Below are positions 16,122-26,234 of a DNA stretch of 32,000 nt, piece after piece. Within the stretch, counting starts at the first letter, position 1. Every line of letters begins with the position of its first letter. Where the stretch lies: the NCBI GenBank assembly GCA_046497275.1, contig JAWOFX010000186.1, forward strand, positions 1 through 32,000, in the 5' to 3' direction. Both the position numbers and the translations under genes were made by a program. This DNA comes from Promethearchaeia archaeon. Lineage in GTDB: Archaea; Asgardarchaeota; Lokiarchaeia; Sigyniarchaeales; SOKP01. The notes beneath the pieces are model-generated. The model was not told the origin of the DNA and ran no database searches. It saw only the letters and a list, made by a program, of their open reading frames with translations.

Positions 16122-17042
16122 ATGAATGAATCTAGACTACAGAATTCTAAAACCAGAGAAATAGAAAATAATGACAATATTTATCGAGAAGAAAAATGTT
16201 GCGAAGATCCAAGGATTGAAAAGGTTCGTGGGGAGGAAGTATGTGTGAATTGTGGCACGGTACATCAAAGAGATATTGTTGGATTAAAACAGAGAGCATT
16301 TACTTCTGAAGAGGTGGAGAAACGAAGAATAACTGAACCTCGCTGGAGACAATTTGGACCCAGAACTACGATTCCTTCTGCTAAAAAAGAGGATAAAATG
16401 AGCCCTCAACAAAAATCCCTCTTTTCTCGTTTATCAAAAATTCAAAAATCCTTAATCTCAAGTATTGAGCGCAATTTCTGGGAAGCACGACCCAAACTTA
16501 CCATGCTAACCTCAATGTTAAATATTCCTAAATATATAGAGGAAACTGCTTGGAAAATATATACTGAAGCAGCAAAAAAGAAATTGACTTTAGGAAGAAC
16601 CATAGATGGATTTGTCGCGGCATCTTTATATGCTGCAATTAGAGTACATGAATATCCACGTATTCTTGATGAGATATGCGATGCACTTATGATTTCGCGA
16701 CATAAAGTTATTAAATCACTTGGATTGATATTGAAAAAAATTTTACCTGAATTAGGGTTACGTTATCATCCAATAACCCCAAAAAAACTAATTTATCGGT
16801 TTGGGAGTGAAGCTGAACTGTCATTAAAAACTCAGAAACAAGCATACAACTTACTTTCAACAACATTTCAATCTGGATTACTGATAACTGGAAAGGATCC
16901 CCGTGGATTCGCTGCGGCAGCACTCTATATGGCAGCACAATCTGCTTCCGAACAAATTACTCAAAAAAAAATGGCGGATATCGCTGGAATCACTGAAGTT
17001 ACACTTAGAAATAGACTAAAAGATATGCGTAAACATTTATGA
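16122..17042 (+). CDS. tfb: Transcription initiation factor IIB (TFB paralog)
   Basis: Zn ribbon CCED...CVNCG, two cyclin repeats (GRTIDGFVAASLY, GKDPRGFAAAALY), C-terminal HTH TQKKMADIAGITEVTLRNR. Confidence 0.92.
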   Translation: MNESRLQNSKTREIENNDNIYREEKCCEDPRIEKVRGEEVCVNCGTVHQRDIVGLKQRAFTSEEVEKRRITEPRWRQFGPRTTIPSAKKEDKMSPQQKSLFSRLSKIQKSLISSIERNFWEARPKLTMLTSMLNIPKYIEETAWKIYTEAAKKKLTLGRTIDGFVAASLYAAIRVHEYPRILDEICDALMISRHKVIKSLGLILKKILPELGLRYHPITPKKLIYRFGSEAELSLKTQKQAYNLLSTTFQSGLLITGKDPRGFAAAALYMAAQSASEQITQKKMADIAGITEVTLRNRLKDMRKHL

Positions 17043-17053
17043 AATATTTACTC

Positions 17054-17060
17054 TTTTTTT
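17054..17060 (+). terminator. Oligo-T tract after tfb
   Basis: T7 starting 12 nt after the stop; archaeal termination typically occurs at oligo-T. Confidence 0.4.
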
Positions 17061-17235
17061 GAACTTTAATTTTTCATTCTACTCAACACTGAGAATTAAA
17101 AGGCTCTTTTAATTCTTTCCTATGAAAAAGAACTATAACTTCAAGAAAGGAAAGGTTTTTTAATTTTTCTATTCTATAATTCTTTAACATCTATTTAGAA
17201 AATTAATTAGTAATAAATAATAAAGAAGTGATTAT

Positions 17236-17496
17236 ATGGCTAAGAGTAAGGGTGTCGTAAAGTGGTTCAACAGTAAGAAGGGCTACGGCTTTATCACACC
17301 TGATGATGGCGGAGACGATATATTTGTACACTACTCGGGAATTGCTGGCGATGAAAATAGTTTTAAGGCAATTTATGAAGGTGACAAAGTTGAATATGAG
17401 GTCACTGAAGGCAAGAAAGGTCCACAAGCTACAGAAGTAGAAGTAACCGAGAAAGCTCCCCGAAATAATTATAATAAAAGAGGCTCCTTCTATTAA
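17236..17496 (+). CDS. cspA: Cold-shock domain protein with basic/aromatic C-terminal tail
   Basis: GVVKWFN, RNP1 KGYGFI, RNP2 IFVHYS, VEYEV...KGPQA. Confidence 0.95.
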   Translation: MAKSKGVVKWFNSKKGYGFITPDDGGDDIFVHYSGIAGDENSFKAIYEGDKVEYEVTEGKKGPQATEVEVTEKAPRNNYNKRGSFY

Positions 17497-18000
17497 AAAA
17501 AGTGTTAAATTTTAATTAATAAATTAGAATTTCAATAAATTATAAATTAGAGATTTAAAGATATACACGTTTCAAGAAATAAACGGGTTTCCCATCTTTT
17601 TCTCGCTTTTTTCTTTTATAATATAATCCACTAGATTTACCAATCTTCTTTTGCAGGTATCCCAATCGCACTTCCTTTCCAGTAAAGACATCCATTTATG
17701 TCTCTATACTCACTCTTATTGAATTGCGAATTTATCCACTTTCCTTAAATTTACAATCCATTCATTTCCAAAGTTCTTAAATATCAATCTCTCAAATTGA
17801 AACGTAAGCTCTATTTAAGTGGTTTCTGAACCTACTATGATGATTGAATTTCAAAATTAGCAATAAAATCATATTTTATGTACATTAATGTAAAAAATCT
17901 CAGTTAATTACAGAAAATAAACATTTAATTTACCATACGTTTAAGATAGATCTAAATATTTTTATAAACAAAAAAAATAATAATTAAAAATTGTGTTAAA

Positions 18001-20550
18001 ATGAACCTAAAAATAAAAAAACCAATTGTGTTATATCTAACGCTGTCGATTATGCTTATATTTTCAATAAATAGCCTGTTTTTACTTATCGACATTGAAG
18101 ATAATAATAGCACACAGAACAATGATAATTTCAACTTAGAAACTTCACAGACGTGGAATTTAGATCCATTCATTATTTCTCAAACGGGAGGGGGCAATGG
18201 AACGTGGGATTGGGCGGTTAGTCAAGAGTGGTGTGATGGGTCTGGAACTCAAAATGATCCTTATGTTATTGAAAAGGTTGTGATTGATGGTGGAGGTGGA
18301 ATCGGTACAAGCGGTATTACTATTATTGATTCAAATGAATATTTTATCATCCAAAATACTACAATAACCAATACAGGCCTATTATCTGAAGATGCGGGAA
18401 TAAAACTATTAAATACCACTAATGGGGTAATAAAAAACAATAATTTATCCTACAATCTTGGAAACGGGATTTATTTGAACAATTCAGATCATAATGAAAT
18501 TATAACCAATGAGATCCATAATAATGACCGTAATGGCATATATTTCTATCATTATAATGATTATAATCTTATTAGTGAAAATTCGCTATATTCAAATGGA
18601 TTAGCTGGGTTTTATCATGGGATTTATTTGGAGCGTCATTCCAAATATAACATAATAAGCAAGAATAAAGTCATTGATACGGGAGGTTATGGAATTCGAA
18701 TTTATATTGATTGCGGTAATACGACTGTTATTGAAAATGAAGTGAAAAATTCACAATCAGGAATTTTGATAAATGAGGATGATTGTATAGTTACTAAAAA
18801 TATTATTTTAAATAATTCAGAATATGGTTTATTAATTACACTTTCAATGGGTTCTCATTCATCAGTAACAGATAATTATTTTGAACATAACGGGTTTACA
18901 TCAAACGGAAATGCAATATACGCAATAGGATCTAACTTTTTAACCATAATAAATAATACTCTTATAGATAATTATCGCGGTATATACCTAAAAAATTGCC
19001 AAAATAATATTCTTTCTAACAATCAAATTTCAGATACATTAGATTATGCAATTAATATTATCGACACTTTTGGCGATGAACCTGAAAACGACATAATAAA
19101 AAACAATTATATTTTTAAATGTGGAAATGGAATCAAATTGGAAAAGTGGGCTAATAATATCGAGATAATAAACAATACAATTATCAAACAGAGAGGATAT
19201 GGTATCAGTATTGACAGGTATTGCAAGAATAATATAGTGAAAAACAATTACTTACTCAATAATGGCAGGGGAATACTAATTGGAGATGAATCAAATTATA
19301 ATAATATCACGAAAAATATTATTCAAGGCTCTGAATATGAGGGCTTAGAAATATACCCAACTGCAATTAATACTACGGTATATCAAAACTATTTTGTTTT
19401 TAATGATATCCAAGTTTTAAATTATGCGGGCTCAACCATGTGGAATTATACAACTTTAGGTAATTATTGGTCAAATTATACAGGATATGATTTAGATGAT
19501 GATGGTATAGGAGATATTCCTCATCCAATCATTAGCGTTGCAAATGGAATGGATTATTACCCTATTTTCAAAAAGATTACCCCAATATTCATTGATGATT
19601 ATACAGATTATGATTGGGAATGGGCAGCTCAGCAATTTTGGGTAAACGGTTCAGGTACTGAAGAAGATCCTTATATTATTCAAAATAAAATAATTGATAA
19701 ACAATGGCAGGCAGCTTGCATTGAGATTAGAAATTCTGAAAAACATTTCATTATCTCTGATTGTACCCTAAACACTAATGATGCGATTTTTCCGGGAATT
19801 ACTTTATATAACGTTAAAAATGGAGAGATCAAGAATAACTCTATCACCACCAGCCATACGGGACTTGAGATATATGGAAGTAGTGAGGTAAATATTTCAC
19901 GAAATCACATTAATTATAATTATATCGGTATAGATTTAGCTCATAGTGAAAAGATAAATGTTTCAAACAATAATATTGATCATAACAATATTGGACTCAG
20001 TATCCACCAAAGTAATAACAATTTATTCCAGGAAAATTCTCTATTAAACACAGATTCTTGCATTATTGAATATGAATCTGAGAATAATACATTTGACGGT
20101 AATATTTGTGATCCGCCACCTTTACAGAAGCTTTATATGACTATGACCGATCAACTTTTCACTGTGGATGAGTTTACCATCACTTTCTTCATTTCTAATG
20201 CGACCTATCATGGAGTTGAAGAGGTTTCAATAACCGCGTATTGGAATGGTACTGATGTTTCGGCAAATATAACCGAGCTCGGGAGTGGGTATTATATGAT
20301 TTCACTCGATCCTATTTTTATAGCTCCTGGAGAATCTGGAATCGATTTTGAAGCCTCACTCTCAAAAAATGGTTTTGAAGAGCTTTCTTACTCTTCCGAA
20401 TTTTCAATTGACCCAGAGGCTCTCCAAAAGGATGAAACGCCTTCTACACCCGGTGGAGCAATTCCTTGGTCGACTCCAGCTATTTTAACCTCAACGCTCA
20501 TCGCGATTATTGGGCTACTACTATTTCTTCGCAAAAAACAATTTAACTAA
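18001..20550 (+). CDS. Cell-surface right-handed beta-helix (NosD/CASH-like) glycoprotein with C-terminal membrane anchor
   Basis: N-terminal hydrophobic signal, Asn-ladder GI.L...NN.I..N repeats, GNYWSNYTG.D.DDDGIGD.P motif, more than 20 NxS/T sequons, C-terminal IPW + TM + RKK. Confidence 0.85.
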   Translation: MNLKIKKPIVLYLTLSIMLIFSINSLFLLIDIEDNNSTQNNDNFNLETSQTWNLDPFIISQTGGGNGTWDWAVSQEWCDGSGTQNDPYVIEKVVIDGGGGIGTSGITIIDSNEYFIIQNTTITNTGLLSEDAGIKLLNTTNGVIKNNNLSYNLGNGIYLNNSDHNEIITNEIHNNDRNGIYFYHYNDYNLISENSLYSNGLAGFYHGIYLERHSKYNIISKNKVIDTGGYGIRIYIDCGNTTVIENEVKNSQSGILINEDDCIVTKNIILNNSEYGLLITLSMGSHSSVTDNYFEHNGFTSNGNAIYAIGSNFLTIINNTLIDNYRGIYLKNCQNNILSNNQISDTLDYAINIIDTFGDEPENDIIKNNYIFKCGNGIKLEKWANNIEIINNTIIKQRGYGISIDRYCKNNIVKNNYLLNNGRGILIGDESNYNNITKNIIQGSEYEGLEIYPTAINTTVYQNYFVFNDIQVLNYAGSTMWNYTTLGNYWSNYTGYDLDDDGIGDIPHPIISVANGMDYYPIFKKITPIFIDDYTDYDWEWAAQQFWVNGSGTEEDPYIIQNKIIDKQWQAACIEIRNSEKHFIISDCTLNTNDAIFPGITLYNVKNGEIKNNSITTSHTGLEIYGSSEVNISRNHINYNYIGIDLAHSEKINVSNNNIDHNNIGLSIHQSNNNLFQENSLLNTDSCIIEYESENNTFDGNICDPPPLQKLYMTMTDQLFTVDEFTITFFISNATYHGVEEVSITAYWNGTDVSANITELGSGYYMISLDPIFIAPGESGIDFEASLSKNGFEELSYSSEFSIDPEALQKDETPSTPGGAIPWSTPAILTSTLIAIIGLLLFLRKKQFN

Positions 20551-20555
20551 TTCTA

Positions 20556-20564
20556 TTTTTTTTT
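20556..20564 (+). terminator. Oligo-T tract after surface-protein gene
   Basis: T9 starting 6 nt after the stop. Confidence 0.45.
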
Positions 20565-20847
20565 ATTAAATAAAATTGATAAAAATAGGTATCCTTTGAT
20601 ATAAACATCAAATTATATCTCTCTAAATTTTAATCAGAAAGAAATTAGAATAGTAGGAAATAAAAATAATAATTAATACAAATAAGTTTTAAAAAAAAGA
20701 TGAAAAAATAAAAGGAATTAAAATTGTTTAATGGCAATATGCTTCAAATTTGAAGTAAATCGGATTTCTTTTGAACGGAACTTTTATATATAAACCTATA
20801 ATCTTTTTCCTTGAAATTCAATTAAGAATAAAAATTCACTGATTACT

Positions 20848-21357
20848 ATGGCAAATGGAAAAGAATTAGCTGTTGCAGGCTTAATTCTAGGATTAATTGG
20901 AGCAGGCTTAGGAGGATATGTATTCTTCGACAATATCTTAGCGCCTGAATTGGACAATGGAGACACAACCTCTGAGATAAAAACTTATTATGTCGAAGAT
21001 CATGGCAGTGCAATATCTGTAGAATGGACCATAACCCCTCTTTCTGGAATGAATATTACTTTCACGACGAATCAAACTATGAAACTGCATGCTTTATTTA
21101 CTTGCTACTTGATCTATGACACTTCAGAAGCTGATATTACGAAAATTTATTTATATCTTAATGAATTTTCTATGACTCCCTCTCCTTATTTTATAGATGA
21201 TTTTGATTATGCCAGTTCTGAACGATATTACGTGAGTATGCAAGCATATAATAATTCTCTCCCACCAGGAACGTATAGTATAACTGTTAGAGGAAAGGTT
21301 GATGACATCTCGACTGTTTTTGCTATACCCTCTTTATTCGCAGAAGTATATAATTAA
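20848..21357 (+). CDS. Hypothetical N-terminally membrane-anchored beta-sandwich protein
   Basis: Gly-rich TM helix LAVAGLILGLIGAGLGG; C-terminal PPGTYSITVRG strand pattern. Confidence 0.7.
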   Translation: MANGKELAVAGLILGLIGAGLGGYVFFDNILAPELDNGDTTSEIKTYYVEDHGSAISVEWTITPLSGMNITFTTNQTMKLHALFTCYLIYDTSEADITKIYLYLNEFSMTPSPYFIDDFDYASSERYYVSMQAYNNSLPPGTYSITVRGKVDDISTVFAIPSLFAEVYN

Positions 21358-21376
21358 AAAATCATAATTAATTCCA

Positions 21377-21384
21377 TTTTTTTT
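21377..21384 (+). terminator. Oligo-T tract
   Basis: T8 about 20 nt after the stop, in the convergent intergenic gap. Confidence 0.4.
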
Positions 21385-21499
21385 ATTTTAATTGAACATA
21401 ATTCCATAATGAAAGAATAAACACATTAAAAACAAGGTATATTAAAAATAAAAAATCTAAAAAAAAATTAAAAAGATAAGTAAAAAGAATTAAACAGAA

Positions 21500-22063
21500 T
21501 TAGCTTTCATATTCTTCAAGTTGCTCGGAAAAGAGACGCTTAACTGCCTCAATCCTGGTTTCCTCTCCAATTTGTTCAACATTCTTGAGTGATATGGCTT
21601 CTTTTGGACACACAGCGATACATTGTGGCTCAGGCTCTCCTACTTCAGGATCTATGAACTCTTCTCGCATATTTTCACATAAATCACACACAAGTGCTTT
21701 CTGTGTATTTATATTAAGTGAAATAACACCGAAATCGCATGCTCTTATACAGAATCCGCACCCATTGCATTTATCCTCATCCACAATTATGCTTCCTGTG
21801 GCATCATCTTGCTCTAGTGCTTTTTCGGGGCAACTTCGAACACATGGTGAATCTTCACATTTTTGACACGCTAATGCGATATTGAACACCGGTTCGATAC
21901 GTACTCTATGAATTCTAGTATTGATAGGGTTAAAAGTCCCTTCATGAACAAAAGAGCATACACTTTCACAAGTTTCGCAACCAGTACAGAGATCTGGATC
22001 AACCATTATGAATTGATGCATCCTTCCGCCTCTTTTTTTAGTCTTGGATCTTGCAGTAGCCAT
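21500..22063 (-). CDS. 4 x [4Fe-4S] electron-transfer subunit associated with AOR
   Basis: CTGCETCESVC, CQKCEDSPCVRSCP, CNGCGFCIRAC, CDLC...CIAVCP; 3 nt downstream of aor. Confidence 0.9.
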   Translation of the reverse strand: MATARSKTKKRGGRMHQFIMVDPDLCTGCETCESVCSFVHEGTFNPINTRIHRVRIEPVFNIALACQKCEDSPCVRSCPEKALEQDDATGSIIVDEDKCNGCGFCIRACDFGVISLNINTQKALVCDLCENMREEFIDPEVGEPEPQCIAVCPKEAISLKNVEQIGEETRIEAVKRLFSEQLEEYES

Positions 22064-22066
22064 TGG

Positions 22067-24001
22067 TTATTTTTTCCCCCCTTTTTTCTTTGGTGGTTCT
22101 AAATTTCCAATAACAAAATCCAAACCCAAACTTTTGAGAGTTTCTTCAGTAGGAATACCTGTTTCTGTATCCCATCCTCGAGCTTCATAATACCCACTCA
22201 ATAATTTTTGATATCCTTTTTCCTCTAGGGTTACTCCTTTAGCAGGTCCTTTAGTATGTGCTTCTTTGAAGAATCGCTCAGGAGGATGGTCATCTGCTCT
22301 TGTCCATCCTTCACGGATATTAAAGCACTTCGATAAGGTTACTATTGCATTTCCTCGTTCTTTCATAGAATCTCCAGTATGAGGGATGCCAGTTACTAAT
22401 TCATAGACTTTCGCCATCTCATCATCATCCTCATAGACTCCACGAGTGAATTTACAAATAATATAGGAATCAATAACGGCATAGATATCCTCTACATCAA
22501 TTATTGCGTTTCCTCGTTCAACGGGTTTATCATAGGCAAACCTATCAAACTTTCCTTTAGCATCAAGTCCATAAGCTCCATTTCGTAAGTGGCACGCTCC
22601 GCGAATTGAAACACTCTCTCCCACGGCAAAAGAAGTCATGCCATGAAGATCGAATGCAGGCATTTCCAATCCTTTAATATTCATTGCATGAAAACTAGCA
22701 TTTTCGCGTCCCATTTCTTCTAAACGTTTTCCTGCCATTAAAGTTCCATCACCAAAAACTTCCCCAGCAAAACCCTCTCCTCGTATCATCTCTTCGGTAA
22801 ATCGGACTAGATTTTTTGTAGAGCCAAATGGTAATTCATATCCCAAGTCTTTTTTAGTGATAATTCCCTCTTCAAATAAATCACACGCCATAGCCGCAGT
22901 AACGCCACCTGATATTCCATCAATGCCTAAATCATCACATAATTCAATACATTTAAACACAGTAGGCCAATCAGCATTACCACAAGCTGTACCAAAAGAA
23001 TATAAAAGTTCTATATCTGTACTTGCAACTAAATTTGGATAATCAGGATGGTTTTTTGATACTCTTGCTAAATGATCGCAAGCAACGGAGCATTGAGAAC
23101 ATGCTACTTTCTTTACGACCCAATCTTCATTAAGAGTTTCTCCTGTATACTCACCATTCGTTATTTTTTCCCAAGTGCCCTCCTTATAATTATACGTGGG
23201 CATCATTCCAAGTTTATTATAACTCGTAAGTCCAGCTGGGGTTCCTAAATCTCGATATTTCGAAGTTGCAGGTCCGTTAGCAACTTTAATTAGTTTTTTA
23301 GCTAATTGATAAAATTCTTTAGGTTTTGCTACAGAAATAGGTTTCGTGCCTCTAAAGGCAATAGCTTTTAGGTTTTTGGAGCCCATTACCGTTCCCATAC
23401 CAGTTCTACCCGCCTGACGATTTCGATCATTAGTGATACATCCCAATCGACTCATCCTCTCTCCACCGGGACCGATTGCCATCACAGCTAATCTTTGATC
23501 TTGAAATTCTTCTCTTAGTATTTCTTCTGTATCCCAACATCCCTTGCCCCACAATAAATCTTCGCACGACATGCTATATCTATCATCATCATCCACAACA
23601 AATACAACCGGTTCTGGTGCTTTACCCTTAAAAACTATCATATTAACACCAGCACGTCTTGCTTGGGCACCAACTGATCCCGAGGAAATAGACATACCGA
23701 ACATATTTGTTAGAGGTGATTTTGCAAACACACCATATTTTGAACTTGTTGGTAAAATGGTTCCCGGAAATGGACCTATTGCCCAAACGAAAATATTATC
23801 AGGACTTAAAGGATCAATACCTGGTTCTAATTCATCCCATAATACTTTTGCTCCAAAACCATAACCACCTATCCAGTTTGCGAGAAAATCATTTGATAAT
23901 TTAGTTTCTGTTATCTTTCCCGTAGTTAAGTCGACATCGAGTCTTGTCTGCGTGTAACCCTTTACTTCATCTGGAATTGTTAAATTTTTTGCTTCGGTCA
24001 T
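22067..24001 (-). CDS. aor: Tungsten-dependent aldehyde:ferredoxin oxidoreductase
   Basis: AGRTGMGTVMGSKNLKAI, CSQCSVAC, CDDLGID, RGACHLR, YYEARGWD. ATG 24001 is preferred over GTG 24013 because a GTGTGA SD-like motif lies upstream. Confidence 0.93.
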   Translation of the reverse strand: MTEAKNLTIPDEVKGYTQTRLDVDLTTGKITETKLSNDFLANWIGGYGFGAKVLWDELEPGIDPLSPDNIFVWAIGPFPGTILPTSSKYGVFAKSPLTNMFGMSISSGSVGAQARRAGVNMIVFKGKAPEPVVFVVDDDDRYSMSCEDLLWGKGCWDTEEILREEFQDQRLAVMAIGPGGERMSRLGCITNDRNRQAGRTGMGTVMGSKNLKAIAFRGTKPISVAKPKEFYQLAKKLIKVANGPATSKYRDLGTPAGLTSYNKLGMMPTYNYKEGTWEKITNGEYTGETLNEDWVVKKVACSQCSVACDHLARVSKNHPDYPNLVASTDIELLYSFGTACGNADWPTVFKCIELCDDLGIDGISGGVTAAMACDLFEEGIITKKDLGYELPFGSTKNLVRFTEEMIRGEGFAGEVFGDGTLMAGKRLEEMGRENASFHAMNIKGLEMPAFDLHGMTSFAVGESVSIRGACHLRNGAYGLDAKGKFDRFAYDKPVERGNAIIDVEDIYAVIDSYIICKFTRGVYEDDDEMAKVYELVTGIPHTGDSMKERGNAIVTLSKCFNIREGWTRADDHPPERFFKEAHTKGPAKGVTLEEKGYQKLLSGYYEARGWDTETGIPTEETLKSLGLDFVIGNLEPPKKKGGKK

Positions 24002-24050
24002 TTCTATATTCACACTTAATTATTGGTTCTAGTTTATTAAAATATTTATC

Positions 24051-24072
24051 TCAATTCATATAAGAGAATTGA
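24051..24072. promoter_or_regulatory. Inverted repeat TCAATTC-N8-GAATTGA flanking a TATA-like element upstream of aor
   Basis: 7-bp perfect arms; the spacer reads TCTTATAT on the minus strand, about 60 nt before the aor ATG. Confidence 0.4.
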
Positions 24073-24193
24073 ACTTTATTAGTTTGATTATTAACTCATA
24101 TAACTCTATGAACGATATATAACGTAATTTCCGTCTCTTATATTGTTTTAATCTTCAATTGATTTATATTTTTTTTATGATATTAGGATATAA

Positions 24194-24219
24194 TTTAAAA
24201 TTAGTATTTAAAATTAGTA
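24194..24219. repeat. 13-bp tandem duplication TTTAAAATTAGTA x2
   Basis: Copies at 24194-24206 and 24207-24219. Confidence 0.6.
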
Positions 24220-24511
24220 TATGGAAGAGCTTGAAGATCGATATGTATATTCATCCATTTCAGAGAAAGTCATATTTCCTCAAAGCAGAATTAATGATTT
24301 ATAATTTTAATATGAATCTCTGATTCTGATCATAAAGAAAATAGAATTATTTATATTTCTGATTGATCAATATATATACTAAAAGTTTTCGAAATCCGAA
24401 ATTATTCAAAAAAATCTTATCAATTCCAAAATATAATGACAGAGATTCGATAAGATTTCATTCACTTTTAATATTTAATTTTTAAAAAAATAAATAAAGT
24501 AGAAATTAGGA

Positions 24512-25195
24512 ATGAATTTAAAATCAGATATAGATTTTAAGGAATATTTGAAACCAACAAATTATTGTGATCATAATAATAAAAAGATCATCGCAAAAGT
24601 AAATGAACTTAATAAAAATGATGATTCTCCTAAGGAAAAGGCTCTAAGTATTTTTTATTTTGTAAGAGATAAGGTAAAATTCATGTTGAATGATTTTATT
24701 AAAGCTTCTGAAGTACTTAAGAGAGGAAATGGAGATTGTGGTGGGAAATCTAATCTTCAAGTTGCTCTACTCAGGGCAGCGAGTATTCCAGCTCGGTTCC
24801 ATATTTTTTCTTTAACTAAAGAGAGTCTTAAAGGTGTGGTGCCGAATACTATTTATAAAATAATGCCTCTTTTGATAGAAAATCATCCTTGCTGTGAATG
24901 TTATCTTTCCGAAAATTGGATAGCGTGTGACACTTTATTTGATAAATCTCTTATGCAGGGATTTTTAAAAAAGGAAATTTACACCAAAGAGCAAATTCCA
25001 ATGATTGATTGGGATGGTGAAAATGATTTGAATACTATGGTTCCGTGGATTATTAAGGATAAAGGTATATATCCCTCTCTTGATGAGATAATTGATAAAG
25101 CAGAAACGCAATCCCAAGATATGCCCGAAGATCTTAAGAATATGTTAACTCAAAAATTAACTAAGCATTTAGAGAAATTACGAAATCTTAGATAA
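24512..25195 (+). CDS. Transglutaminase-like cysteine protease domain protein
   Basis: Catalytic triad positions GDCGGKS, ENHPCCECY, WIACDT. Confidence 0.8.
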   Translation: MNLKSDIDFKEYLKPTNYCDHNNKKIIAKVNELNKNDDSPKEKALSIFYFVRDKVKFMLNDFIKASEVLKRGNGDCGGKSNLQVALLRAASIPARFHIFSLTKESLKGVVPNTIYKIMPLLIENHPCCECYLSENWIACDTLFDKSLMQGFLKKEIYTKEQIPMIDWDGENDLNTMVPWIIKDKGIYPSLDEIIDKAETQSQDMPEDLKNMLTQKLTKHLEKLRNLR

Positions 25196-25260
25196 AACAA
25201 GTACTCTATTAATTCATCTATAGCAAATTTTTACTATATAATTTACTAGCCTTTAAAGTT

Positions 25261-26118
25261 TTAGGGCTTAAGAGTTTTTATATTAGAATATTTTAAAACT
25301 TCTCCAGAAATAAAGAATAATCCTTTCTGTCCTACATCTCTACCTTGATCATGATTATCTGCCCAATCTACTGAAACTTTCCATCCACTTTTTTTAAAAT
25401 AATTAGTTATCTTTTCTTTTTCTATTCCCCATTTAAAATGTTTGGAAAATGGCCCTAATCTCACCTCAGCATATACAGGGACACATAGATCTGTAAATAT
25501 TCGGCTCTTTTTTGAGCTAATCTCGCTAATTTTTTTTAATACTAAACTAGCTTCATTTTTTTCCAAGTAATACATGACTCCCTCTAAAACCCAAAAGGTT
25601 GGGATATCTTTCGAATAACCATAGTGAAAAAGTTTATCAATCCAATTAAGATTCGAGAGATTTTCACTTATTCGTATTAATTCACACAAAGATTTTTCTC
25701 CTTTTAATATTTCTTTTTTATACTCCATTAACTCAGGCAAATCTATTTCAAACAAAGTGTGCAAGTTTTTTGATAATGGAGTGAATCGATACGCGCGTGT
25801 ATCTAATCCTGCACCTAATAAAACTACTTGAGATCTATTTCTTTCATAACACCATAGTTTCAATAAATTTTCCTCGATATAGTAGGATCTCACTATGCTA
25901 TAATCCATTTTTGAATATCTCCCATGATCTTTAAAATATTCAGTTAAGTCGCCAGCTAAACTTTTTGCATACGGATCAATAATCAATGCATCTTTCAATT
26001 CAAATTCTTGAGCACGATAATATGCCATAAGTCTCGCTGTAAAAGGAATAGGTGCTCTGTCTTGATCCACTCTGTTATATTTATTATTGAACCTTTCAAA
26101 AGAAGGATTCTTTTTCAT
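25261..26118 (-). CDS. SAM-dependent methyltransferase, leucine-carboxyl-methyltransferase (LCM/ML2640-like) family
   Basis: TARLMAYYRAQE, DPYAKSLAG, QVVLLGAGLDTRAYR, FEIDLP, EGVMYYL. Confidence 0.85.
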   Translation of the reverse strand: MKKNPSFERFNNKYNRVDQDRAPIPFTARLMAYYRAQEFELKDALIIDPYAKSLAGDLTEYFKDHGRYSKMDYSIVRSYYIEENLLKLWCYERNRSQVVLLGAGLDTRAYRFTPLSKNLHTLFEIDLPELMEYKKEILKGEKSLCELIRISENLSNLNWIDKLFHYGYSKDIPTFWVLEGVMYYLEKNEASLVLKKISEISSKKSRIFTDLCVPVYAEVRLGPFSKHFKWGIEKEKITNYFKKSGWKVSVDWADNHDQGRDVGQKGLFFISGEVLKYSNIKTLKP

Positions 26119-26234
26119 AATTTTAAAATCATGTATACATATAAATTTTTTAACGAGTAATATAATTTATTAAAAATTCTTGAATTTTATTAATTTAAAC
26201 CCTAGCTAGTAAAATAAGTATAGAACTTGAAAAA

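Noticed and set aside
1495-17042. Sec readthrough at other TGA-terminated genes (abfD 1495, trmO 3908, 5722, 14502, 15127, tfb 17042)
   Set aside because: These stops fall at plausible C-termini, not at Cys motifs, and I saw no SECIS-like hairpin downstream.
17500-17950. Possible pseudogene or transposase remnant on the minus strand (fragments such as LERKCDWDTCKRRLVNLVDYIIKKKARKRW)
   Set aside because: Multiple stops in every frame, no recognisable family, no terminal inverted repeats. A tblastx search would be needed to revive it.
24221-24304. 27-aa ORF MEELEDRYVYSSISEKVIFPQSRINDL after the 13-bp tandem repeat
   Set aside because: Too short, with no clear RBS or motif; cannot be distinguished from chance.
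25261-26118. LCM-family methyltransferase as a eukaryotic signature (PP2A methyltransferase)
   Set aside because: The family is widespread in bacteria (ML2640-like), and nothing in the sequence ties it to the eukaryotic branch.
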